In this document: piece by piece, positions 9,021 through 17,097 of the stretch
How the letters are laid out: each line of letters begins with the position of its first letter
Position numbering within the stretch: position 1 is the stretch's first letter
Assembly: GCF_000172995.2 (NCBI RefSeq)
Contig: NC_014729.1
Span: 2,190,001 to 2,222,000, forward strand
DNA: 32,000 bases
Reading direction: 5' to 3'
From: Halogeometricum borinquense DSM 11551
GTDB taxonomy: Archaea > Halobacteriota > Halobacteria > Halobacteriales > Haloferacaceae
The notes under the pieces: model-generated
Databases searched by the model: none
Told to the model about the DNA's origin: nothing
What the model saw: the letters and a program-made list of their open reading frames with translations, nothing else
Program-made: the position numbers and the translations under genes

Positions 9021-9330
9021 CGCGTCCCACCTGTCCTATCTATCGCATCTGTCACGTCCGTCACAGCGACCACACTCGTCACATCCGTCGGACACGTCAC
9101 TATCTGTCCGCCCGACCTCGGTGACCGAACGCGAATCTGAGACATACTCAGACGCACGGCTGGTGGCTGTTTGAACGCCACGGCGAGCAGCGGCACGCAG
9201 CGGTGGCCACACCATCACCGTGGCAGAGTAACTGACCCGGGTGGAAGACAGTGGATGGGCGATTGAACGACTCGTCTTCTGTTGACCGCCGAAGCGTCAC
9301 GCTTACTCCATCGCACCGTCAGCATCGGAC

Positions 9331-10359
9331 ATGAACGTCCCTTGCGTCCGCGTCTCGACCGACGAGGGGGAGGCGACGCGGCGCGCCCTCGCGGATCGCG
9401 ACCTCGTGGATCAGTCCTACGAGATAACTGTCCACGAAGGCACGCTCTACATTCCCGTGACGGACGCGTCAGCGGTCGAAGACGAATACGAAGTCGTCTC
9501 GTTCGACGTTGAATCCCGTGAGACGCAGACGATGCCCGCCGACATTCTTGGCTTCGAACCGACATACGAACGACTCGGCGATGTGGTGATTTTAGACGAG
9601 GACGACGCCGAACGCGCCAGCCGAATTGCGGACGCCATCGCGGAATCAGACCTCCGCGCTGAGACGGTTGTCAACCGCGCCTCGAAGGTCAAAGGCGCAC
9701 TCCGCGTCCGAGACTGGGATATTCTGGTTGACGACACTGACGAGGAACTCTCCGCTGACGACCAACGTTCATCCGCTCCCAGCACCGAAACGGTCCACCG
9801 CGAGTACGGCTGTGAGTTCCTCCTCGATATCGCCGAGGTGTACTTCTCACCTCGGTTGGCGACCGAACGACACCGCGTGGTCCAACAAGTGACCGAAGGC
9901 GAACGAGTGTTTGACATGTTCGCGGGTGTCGGTCCGTTCGTCATCCCCATGGCAAAACGCGGCGCTGAGGTGGTCGGCTGTGATCTAAACGCCGCCGCCG
10001 TCGAGTATCTCCGCGAGAACGCCCGACGAAACGGTGTCGAAGAGCGCGTGACCGCCAGACAGGGAGATGTACGCGACGTGGCCGACGACTACGAGGGATG
10101 GGCCAACCGAATCGTGATGAACCTCCCTCACAGCGCAGACGACTTTCTCGACACTGCCGTCCGTCTGGCGGGCGAGGAGTGTGTCCTCCACTACTACGAT
10201 ATCCAGCACGAAGACGACCCATTCGGACCGGGCATCGAGGCAATCCGCGAGGCCGCAGAACCGCAGTACGACGTCCGAGTCGATACCGAGCGAGTCGTTC
10301 GGTCCTACGCGCCACATGAGTACAACGTATGTGTTGACGTGACGCTCACCGCGCGCTGA
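9331..10359 (+). CDS. trm5: tRNA (guanine37-N1)-methyltransferase, Trm5/Taw2 (TYW2) family
   Basis: F..FSPRLATER.R.......GE.VFDMFAGVGPF.IP.AKRGA.V...DLN..A..YL.EN...N and NLPH are the class-I SAM methyltransferase Trm5 signatures. Confidence 0.8.
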   Translation: MNVPCVRVSTDEGEATRRALADRDLVDQSYEITVHEGTLYIPVTDASAVEDEYEVVSFDVESRETQTMPADILGFEPTYERLGDVVILDEDDAERASRIADAIAESDLRAETVVNRASKVKGALRVRDWDILVDDTDEELSADDQRSSAPSTETVHREYGCEFLLDIAEVYFSPRLATERHRVVQQVTEGERVFDMFAGVGPFVIPMAKRGAEVVGCDLNAAAVEYLRENARRNGVEERVTARQGDVRDVADDYEGWANRIVMNLPHSADDFLDTAVRLAGEECVLHYYDIQHEDDPFGPGIEAIREAAEPQYDVRVDTERVVRSYAPHEYNVCVDVTLTAR

Positions 10360-10418
10360 TTCGGAAGCCTTTTCTTTGTCATCGGAATACGATAGGATGC
10401 GTACGAAAGCCCCACCGC

Positions 10419-10491
10419 GCCGGTGTAGCTCAGCTGGCAGAGCGATTCCTTCGTAAGGAATAGGCCGAGGGTTCAAATCCCTCCACCGGCT
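10419..10491 (+). tRNA. tRNA-Thr (anticodon CGU)
   Basis: Folded by hand. Acceptor GCCGGTG/CACCGGC, D stem GCTC/GAGC, anticodon stem ATTCC/GGAAT with loop TTCGTAA (anticodon CGT), 5-nt variable loop, T stem GAGGG/CCCTC with loop TTCAAAT, discriminator T. Total 73 nt. No intron and no encoded CCA. A T5 run follows at 10493-10497. Confidence 0.95.
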
Positions 10492-10774
10492 CTTTTTGAT
10501 GCGAATTACCCCCGCGAGCACCGCGTAGTGTGTACCTATGAACCGTGAGCAGATACGAGAGCAACCGGGGATTTGTAGGGATTTGTATCGGGAAGCGAAC
10601 GGAGTGGGCGACCGCGATTCACAATCCCTCGTCCGTGTTCGCCGCCGTTTGTTCGCGACTCACGATCCGAGAACCAACTACCTTAGGTCTCGCGACGCCG
10701 AACACTACAACGTCGAAGTTGTTGTCCTTTCGAACCATTCAGATACAAATATTACGAGTCAGACAACGGGATAG

Positions 10775-11907
10775 ATGAGACGAAGACGCTTCCTCTCACT
10801 CGTCGGAGCGGCATCGCTCACGAGTGGGTGTCTTGATCTGTCGTCCGACTCTGAAGACCCTCCAGTAGATGTCGAGAAAGAGCCCATTGAGACCGACTGG
10901 CCGACAGCAAACGCGAACGCGGGACGGACCCGACACGTCGCAGCCGAGGGGGACACCACTCTCCAGTCGAAGCGTCCAACGCTCACGCAGTACGAGCCGT
11001 CTGCCGGTTTCGTTTCCCCCCAATCGTCGGAGGTGACTCCGTGTTCTATACAACCGGGACCCAGGTTGTCGCCGACGGGAAACACAGTTGGCAGATCGAC
11101 AAGTCCGGTGACGGACTCTCACCAACCCTCCACGGCGGCACTCTCTACACTCAGATCGTCGAAGGACTGCTCGCGCTCGCACCGCGCGATGGAACCGAGC
11201 GATGGCGACTCGACTCGGTGGAAAGTCCCGGTCCGCAGGCTCCGGGACCGACAGTCGTGGACGAAACACTGGTTGCGGCGACCCGAACGGACATCGTTGG
11301 AATTGACCTGACCACGAGAGAGACGTGGCGGACCTCACACAACGCGATGCGAATCACCGGTCTTGCTGCGGGCGAACGCGGGATCGTCTCAGCTGGGATT
11401 GCCGACGACGGCGCGGTCGTTTCGGGATACGCACTCGACGGAACGAAACGGTGGGAGAAGCAAATACCACCGTCAGACATCGGTTCAGATCTATTTGTCT
11501 GCCTCTCAGGGCACGACATCTGTGTTCTCACCGATAAAGGGAGGCTCGATGCGCTGGACGCCGAGGACGGAACGCGTCAGTGGCAGGCCAATCTCTCTAG
11601 CGGAATTGTCGGCCGGCCAGCTCTTGCTGACGGACTCTTCCTCGTCCCCGCATCCGAGAACCGAACCGCAGTGCATGCTTATGACGTGCAGCAGGGTGAT
11701 GCGGCGTGGACGCAGTCAGTCCCGCACCGGTCCTTCTCGCTGACTGTCGTCGGCGATGTCGTGGTGGTTCCACTGGACGGCCTCGAAAACAGAACTATGG
11801 TCCTATCGCTCGCCGATGGCACCGTCGAGGCGGAGTACCAGTATGAGCATGAGCTATTCGCCAACTACGCAGTCACGAGTGAGGCAAACATCACCCACCT
11901 CGAATAG
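10775..11907 (+). pseudogene. Tat-lipoprotein with PQQ-like beta-propeller repeats, interrupted by a -1 frame change at a C6 tract
   Basis: The ORF starting at 10775 begins MRRRRFLSLVGAASLTSGC (twin-Arg plus lipobox), then WPTANANAGRTRH, which is typical of haloarchaeal PQQ-like propellers. After ...YEPSAGFVSP the sensible sequence continues in the frame of ORF 11041-11907 (PPIVGGDSVFYTTG...DGTERW...DGTKRWE...DGTRQWQ). The two frames overlap around CCCCCC at 11016-11021. Confidence 0.7.
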
Positions 11908-12163
11908 CCACTCTACTGACTGGTGCGAGTCCGTCAGGGTCACTGTTATCCGAACGATACGCTCAGGAGGGATACAGAAAGTGACGACACCCATTCGGCG
12001 CGATGACCAGTCACACCGACAGCGAAGGTGCCGCCCGAACAAACCAAGGTGCTAACTGCACCCGGTGGTGGAACTCGGTGCTATCATAATAGTCGTGTTG
12101 ATTTCCCAAGACAACGCGGCGACGGGACAGGCCACTTATCCCGAACGGCAGTAGAGGGTGTGT

Positions 12164-12943
12164 ATGCTCACTTTCATCGGACTCGGGCTGTACGACGAGC
12201 GTTCAATCACCGTTGAGGGACGCGAGGCACTTGCCGACGCAGACCGGGCGTTCGCGGAGTTCTACACGAGCCACCTCGTCGGCGCGACGGTCGAAGACCT
12301 CGAATCATACCACGATATCGACGTTGCGGTCCGCGACCGTGCCGGAGTCGAGCAACACCCCGAAGACATCCTCGACGCCGCCGAAGACGAGCACGTCGTC
12401 TTTCTCACTGCAGGCGACACCATGATTTCGACGACGCACGTGGACTTGCGACTCCGTGCTGTCGAGCGCGGTATCGATACGCGTGTGATCCACGGCGTCA
12501 CCGCTCAATCTGCTGCGAGCGGATTGACTGGACTCCAGAACTACCGGTTCGGCAAGGCGGTGACGCTTCCGTTCCCCTACGCACACGGTGCCGACGGCGT
12601 TCCCAAGAGCGTCATCGACTCCATCGAAGCGAACCGCGAACGCGGCCTGCACACGCTCGTCTATCTCGATATCAAAGCCGACCGCGACGAGTACATGAGC
12701 GGTGACTACGCCGCCGAGATGCTCGCAGACGGGTGGGAGGACGTTCTCGGTATCGTCGTCGCTCGGGCCGGAAGCGAAGACCCGCTTGTCGCCGCAGACC
12801 GTCTGTCGGAACTCGCAGAACGCGATTTCGGTGATCCGCTACACATGCTCGTGATTCCCGGCGATGTCCACCACGTCGAGGCTGACGCACTCCGAACGCT
12901 CGGTGGTGCACCGGATGAAGTCCTCTCCGAAAATGAGGTGTAA
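12164..12943 (+). CDS. dph5: diphthine synthase
   Basis: MLTFIGLGLYDERSITVEG.EAL..AD..F.E.YTS ... FLT.GD....TTH.DLRLRA...GI...VIHG.. is the tetrapyrrole-methylase-fold Dph5 pattern. Confidence 0.9.
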   Translation: MLTFIGLGLYDERSITVEGREALADADRAFAEFYTSHLVGATVEDLESYHDIDVAVRDRAGVEQHPEDILDAAEDEHVVFLTAGDTMISTTHVDLRLRAVERGIDTRVIHGVTAQSAASGLTGLQNYRFGKAVTLPFPYAHGADGVPKSVIDSIEANRERGLHTLVYLDIKADRDEYMSGDYAAEMLADGWEDVLGIVVARAGSEDPLVAADRLSELAERDFGDPLHMLVIPGDVHHVEADALRTLGGAPDEVLSENEV

Positions 12944-12967
12944 ACGTCTGCGACGGTCACTCCGTTT

Positions 12968-13906
12968 TTAAGCGCTTCCACCGCGGCTCTTCGGTGTCTC
13001 GAGATCTAATGCTTCTCTGAGGTCGTACTCGTCACCGGTCACCATGTAGAGGACATCTTCGATGATCGTGAGGAGTTCAGGCACCTCGCGGACGACGAGG
13101 TAGGTAATGCCGACAAGTGCGAGCACGGCAAGGAACTGGCTGATGATGCGGTCCGAGATGAAGAACGAAACCATATACGGGTCGCTCGATCCGAACATCA
13201 GCAGTATCTCATCGACGAAGAACTGGAAGTACTGCTTGCCGAACGTAATGGTGATGAACGTCGTTCGCAGGAGATTAAGCGCGTAGATTATCGGAATTGC
13301 GATCGCCAGCGCGCGGAACTTCCGTCGGAGCGGAGCTTCCACGGCTGCGATGAGACCGCCGAAGATCGCCATACTTCCGAGTCCGGTACACGCGAGGACG
13401 ACGGAGATTGTGAGACGGTGGTCGCCGTCCATGAATAGGAACGTGTTGAGATATCCCTGGTCACCGGCGATGAACTCGGGGTGGTAGCCGAATGCGTTGA
13501 CGAGAAAGTGCGTCTGCGTGGCAACAGTCTCCATGAGGACACCCTTCGGTGCCGGAATGCTGACGCCGAAGAGCGCGAACGCCGGAATCGTCTCGAACGG
13601 GAGATAGATGACTCCCATCGCCGCGACGGCTTTCGAGAGGACGAACAGCGTATCGCGCCCCGAGTAGAGGAGATAGCCCGCGTAGAGACAGGCGGGTACC
13701 GCGGCTAACGAGAGGAACCCCTCGATGTAGCTCTTGTGTTCGAAGGCGTAGTACGGCACTAACTGAAGCCAGAAGGCGGCAAAGAGAGTCCATGCAGCGG
13801 CGGTCACGTATCGCGCCGTCCGCTCGTTTCGACGGACGAGGAGGGAACCGAGGATGAACGTGATAATCGCCGCCCACGCGAGAGCGTCAGACAGCAGTCC
13901 GGGCAT
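12968..13906 (-). CDS. artA: archaeosortase A (PGF-CTERM-specific)
   Basis: Polytopic protein starting MPGLLSDALAWAAIITF (ATG 13904-13906). The first 45 codons of the ORF track look non-coding. The conserved Cys in VVLACTGLGSM and the Arg in YALNLLRTTF fit the exosortase/archaeosortase active-site pattern. Two PGF-CTERM substrates are in the same window. Confidence 0.85.
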   Translation of the reverse strand: MPGLLSDALAWAAIITFILGSLLVRRNERTARYVTAAAWTLFAAFWLQLVPYYAFEHKSYIEGFLSLAAVPACLYAGYLLYSGRDTLFVLSKAVAAMGVIYLPFETIPAFALFGVSIPAPKGVLMETVATQTHFLVNAFGYHPEFIAGDQGYLNTFLFMDGDHRLTISVVLACTGLGSMAIFGGLIAAVEAPLRRKFRALAIAIPIIYALNLLRTTFITITFGKQYFQFFVDEILLMFGSSDPYMVSFFISDRIISQFLAVLALVGITYLVVREVPELLTIIEDVLYMVTGDEYDLREALDLETPKSRGGSA

Positions 13907-14035
13907 ACGACACAGATAGTGTGGCCTCACTAAATCCCTTGCCGTTCCGTGCGCCCGTCTCGTCAAAGCGCCCGAGTGTCTCTCGGACGTGAGAGTCAGT
14001 GTACTCAAAACAACGCTGCCGCTTGCGGGCGGAAC

Positions 14036-14079
14036 ACGCAAAAAGAAAGAATATTGAAAGGGAGCCGGCGTGAGGCCGG
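14036..14079 (-). terminator. terminator of the S-layer glycoprotein gene (hairpin plus T-rich tract)
   Basis: On the minus strand, just after the stop at 14091, comes CCGGC-CTCAC-GCCGG (14065-14079). It is followed by CTCCCTTTCAATATTCTTTCTTTTTGC. Confidence 0.45.
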
Positions 14080-14090
14080 TGATTCAGACG

Positions 14091-16772
14091 TTAGTCGCGG
14101 CGGACTGCGAGGAGCGCAGCAGCGAGGAGTGCCGTGACAGCGACGACAGCACCGAAGCCGGGCGTACCCGTCTCGGTTTCCGTGTCTTCGCCGCCAGTCT
14201 CTTCCGTCGCCGTGGCCGTCTCAGTCGTCGGCTCTTCCGTCGTCGTAGCCGTCTCAGTCGTCGGCTCTTCCGTCGTCGTAGCCGTCTCGTTGCCGTTCTC
14301 GGTCTCCGTTACCGTCTCGGTCTCGGTCTCGTCACCCGCAAGGACGGTTCCTTCAACCGTCTGATCGTCTGCGGGGCCGTTGCGGACCGTGATCTCGTAC
14401 GTGTCTCCAGCTTCCTGCTCGCTGAAGTCGAACATACTCGAGAACGTGTTGTTCTCGGTGACGTAGACCGTCGACGTCTTCAGGAAGCTCGGCTGCGTGT
14501 CGCCCGTCGAGCGGACGCGCAGGTTGAGCTCCGTACCGGGGGCGACCGTCGTCTCGCCCATGACCTTCTGGTCAGCCATCGCGGAGACGTTCAGGGGGTC
14601 GTCGAGCGTGTGCTCGGCTTCGACGAGGTCGTACTCGTCTTCGACCGTTTCCTGCTCGTCGTCCGTCGTCAGGTTGCCCTCGTCAGCGAGGACAGTGAAG
14701 TTGGCCGTGAGGCCGTCGTCTGCTTCGAGGTCACGAGCGGTCGTGTTGACGTCGTTCGTGTCGAAGTAGACGTAGTACGTGTCGTTCTCCGTGTCTTCGA
14801 TGACAGTCGTGTTGTCAGCGCCGAGGATGAGCGAGTACGGGTCACGGTTTGCACCGGCTTCCGTCTGCTCAATCGAGAGGCTGATAACGTCGTTCGTCTG
14901 CAGTGCGAAGAATTCGGACGTCACGTCGTCCTCAGCGTCGATAGCGCCTTCGAGACCGGACGCTTCGAGCTTGTGGACAGCGACGTCGCCGAAGGCGAGG
15001 CTGTCGTCAGCCGTGAGGTTGTTCGATGCAATCTCTTCGCGGACTTCGCCAGCGTCGGCGAAGTCAGTGCCGGACGGTGCCGTCCAGCTGGAGACAGCAG
15101 TCGTGGCGCGCTCTTCGAGGACGAGCGTACCGACGCCCTGCGTCTCGTCGGGGTTCGCGTCCGTACCGGACTGCACTTGGATGTCGTACTCGCCCGAGTC
15201 GAGGAGCGAGCTAACCGTGTTCTGCGAGTCGAAGTCCGTGCTGTCGATCGTGTCGTCGCTGTTTGCGACTTCGAACACGTCACCGCTGACGCCGGTCGTC
15301 GCGGTGTAGGTGTTGAACAGGACAGAAACCTGACCGTCGCCACTGTCGTCAACGACCGTCACGTTCGCGCGGTAGCCGACGTCGGCGGAACCGACGGCCA
15401 GCGTCGCGGTGTCCGTGTTCTGGAGCGTGACGGTGACGTTTGCAACGTCGCCGCGCTCCTCAGTGATGATGCTGTCTCCACCGATGTCTGCCTTGCCTTC
15501 GCCGGCTTTAGAGACAACGATCGAGGAGGATTCGGATTCGACGCCGGACTGGTTGTCCGTCGCCAGGACCGTGTAGTTGCCCGTGTCGAGGTCCGATGCG
15601 TTGAACTCGAACTCGTACTCAGCCTGACCCGTGAGGTCAGCGCCGATGGTCTTCTCAACGTCCTCGTCGGAGTTGAGGAGCTCGATCGTGACAGGACGGT
15701 CGCCCGCGTTCGCGGTGACCGTACCCTCGATCTTCGAGTCGTCCGCGTTCGTGACGCTCAGATCGTCGATCTCGACACCGAGGCCGAGGTCGCGGACCGT
15801 AACGGATGCGTTCTTGGACTCGTCACCAGCGAAGACGATGTCGTAGTCTCCGTCTTCACGGTCCTCCGTGTCGAGCACGTACACTTGACTGTTCGTGCCC
15901 GTGGAACCGGAGCGGAAGAAGTCGTTATCGTCGTCGGCACCAGTGATCTCGACGTCCGTAGCCGTGTTGTTTGCGACGACTGCGACCGTCGAACCCTTGT
16001 AGACGTTCTCGCTGTCGGTCTCTTTGATCGTGACAGCGGCGAACGTGACGTCAGCGGTCTGGTCCTCCGAGTGAGCGTTACCCGAGGTGTCCGTCACCTT
16101 GTAGGTGACTTCGAGGTCCTCGGTGTAGACATCGTTGAGAGTCGCAACGACGCGACCGTTGTCGATGCTGACGGAGGAAGTGAGGTTCGTGTTGCCGTCT
16201 TCCTTCGAGACGTTCAGCTTCTGGACCGAAGCAATGTCCTCGTCGAAGGCGAGTTCGACCTCACCGTCAGTGTTCGAGGACGTGTCGTTGTCGTAGTGGT
16301 TCGCACTCTGGAGCGAAGGAGCCGTTCCCGAGACCATCTTAAGCTGGTCCTGAACGGTCTTGTTCGCCGAGATACCGACGTAAAGGCCACCATTAGTATT
16401 GTTCTCTGCAGCGGACACGTTGTACGTGCCAGTTGAGAGGCCTGACAGGTCAATGCCCGTTAATTCGACAGAGGCATCAGATCCAGGTGTCTTGTTGGCG
16501 TGAGGCTCGTTGGCATCCCATGCCCCATCACCGTCTTCGTCAACCCAGACGATAAAGTCGCCTTGGGAACCGTCACTGTCGTAAACCGTTGCGTCAATTT
16601 CGGCACTGGAACCGGTCTCTGCAGAGACCTGCGTTCCATTACCGTTACCGAGGTCAATTTCTGAAGCATCCGCAGCAGCCGTACCCGTGAACGCGATGGT
16701 GCCGGCGAAGACCGACAGAACCATCAGCGCCGCGAGGAATACTGCGCGGAACTGCTCTGAATTCCGTGTCAT
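14091..16772 (-). CDS. csg: S-layer-type cell-surface glycoprotein with PGF-CTERM anchor
   Basis: MTRNSEQFRAVFLAALMVLSVFAGTIAFTGTAAA is the signal-peptide pattern of haloarchaeal S-layer glycoproteins. The protein is very acidic, with many N-x-S/T sequons and a Thr/Glu-rich repeat linker. It ends TGTPGFGAVVAVTALLAAALLAVRRD (PGF-CTERM). The ATG at 16770-16772 is preferred over the upstream ATG at 16805. Confidence 0.85.
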   Translation of the reverse strand: MTRNSEQFRAVFLAALMVLSVFAGTIAFTGTAAADASEIDLGNGNGTQVSAETGSSAEIDATVYDSDGSQGDFIVWVDEDGDGAWDANEPHANKTPGSDASVELTGIDLSGLSTGTYNVSAAENNTNGGLYVGISANKTVQDQLKMVSGTAPSLQSANHYDNDTSSNTDGEVELAFDEDIASVQKLNVSKEDGNTNLTSSVSIDNGRVVATLNDVYTEDLEVTYKVTDTSGNAHSEDQTADVTFAAVTIKETDSENVYKGSTVAVVANNTATDVEITGADDDNDFFRSGSTGTNSQVYVLDTEDREDGDYDIVFAGDESKNASVTVRDLGLGVEIDDLSVTNADDSKIEGTVTANAGDRPVTIELLNSDEDVEKTIGADLTGQAEYEFEFNASDLDTGNYTVLATDNQSGVESESSSIVVSKAGEGKADIGGDSIITEERGDVANVTVTLQNTDTATLAVGSADVGYRANVTVVDDSGDGQVSVLFNTYTATTGVSGDVFEVANSDDTIDSTDFDSQNTVSSLLDSGEYDIQVQSGTDANPDETQGVGTLVLEERATTAVSSWTAPSGTDFADAGEVREEIASNNLTADDSLAFGDVAVHKLEASGLEGAIDAEDDVTSEFFALQTNDVISLSIEQTEAGANRDPYSLILGADNTTVIEDTENDTYYVYFDTNDVNTTARDLEADDGLTANFTVLADEGNLTTDDEQETVEDEYDLVEAEHTLDDPLNVSAMADQKVMGETTVAPGTELNLRVRSTGDTQPSFLKTSTVYVTENNTFSSMFDFSEQEAGDTYEITVRNGPADDQTVEGTVLAGDETETETVTETENGNETATTTEEPTTETATTTEEPTTETATATEETGGEDTETETGTPGFGAVVAVTALLAAALLAVRRD
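14215..14291. repeat. 33-bp tandem repeat (2 perfect copies plus a partial third) encoding the Thr/Glu/Pro linker of the S-layer protein
   Basis: GCCGTCTCAGTCGTCGGCTCTTCCGTCGTCGTA at 14215-14247 is repeated exactly at 14248-14280, followed by GCCGTCTCGTT. It translates (minus) to ...TATTTEEPTTE TATTTEEPTTE TATATEE... Confidence 0.9.
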
Positions 16773-17060
16773 GTTTAGTTGGTAGTGTTGCAGTGGCAAC
16801 GACACTTTTCGGCCGTCCTCAGAACCGAACGCCCGGGAGACCGGACTTGGACGGCGGTACTCACTGTGTCACCTTGGGTAGGGGTACGGTGCAAATCTAT
16901 TGTCTACCCCATAAATGTCTTGTGTTACTGAATGAGCTAAATGGCAAATACCTGTACAGAGAGGCCCTGTTGCGCCCGTTTAGTGTTTGTAACTAAACAA
17001 CATCTGTGGGAGCTTTAAGACAGATTGTAAAATGTATTGTTAAAATTATATTTATTCCTG
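16773..17060 (-). promoter_or_regulatory. long AT-richer upstream region (promoter and probable 5' leader) of the S-layer gene
   Basis: The 325-bp gap contains several TATA-like strings on the minus strand (ACATTTATGG about 135 nt upstream; AATAAATATAATTTTA about 270 nt upstream) and a 7-bp hairpin at 16978-16998. The transcription start cannot be fixed from sequence. Confidence 0.3.
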
Positions 17061-17097
17061 TCAGATAGCAGAAAGAGAACGAGGCGTTCGAGGAGCG

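Noticed and set aside
9036-9218. 60-aa Cys/Asp/Arg-rich minus-strand ORF in the yqeC/trm5 intergenic region
   Set aside because: Its low-complexity translation (…SDGCDECGRCDGRDRCDR) is produced by the GTCAC repeat array. The start context is poor. It is more likely non-coding.
10419-11907. Integrated element at tRNA-Thr
   Set aside because: I looked for a second copy of the tRNA 3' half (GGGTTCAAATCCCTCCACCGGC), an integrase gene, or a GC-content block downstream. None is visible in this window. The downstream gene is an ordinary, though frameshifted, lipoprotein.
11908-12157. Possible small gene or ncRNA in the 250-bp gap before dph5
   Set aside because: It contains only short 5-bp stems (CTGAC..GTCAG, GGTGC..GCACC) and shadow-like ORFs (11854-12042, 12028-12216). 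Nothing here can be supported from sequence alone.
14196-14291. Possible CRISPR-like repeat
   Set aside because: The 33-bp units are contiguous with no spacers, are in frame, and encode the Thr-rich linker of the S-layer protein. No repeat-spacer architecture exists anywhere in the window.
14070-16436. 788-aa plus-strand ORF, the second-longest in the window
   Set aside because: It lies entirely antisense to the S-layer glycoprotein gene. Its Arg/Val/Asp-rich, repetitive translation (…RRRSRLSRRLFRRRSRL…) is what GAC/GTC/ACC-rich acidic coding DNA gives on the opposite strand. It has no motifs and no independent start context. It is a shadow ORF.
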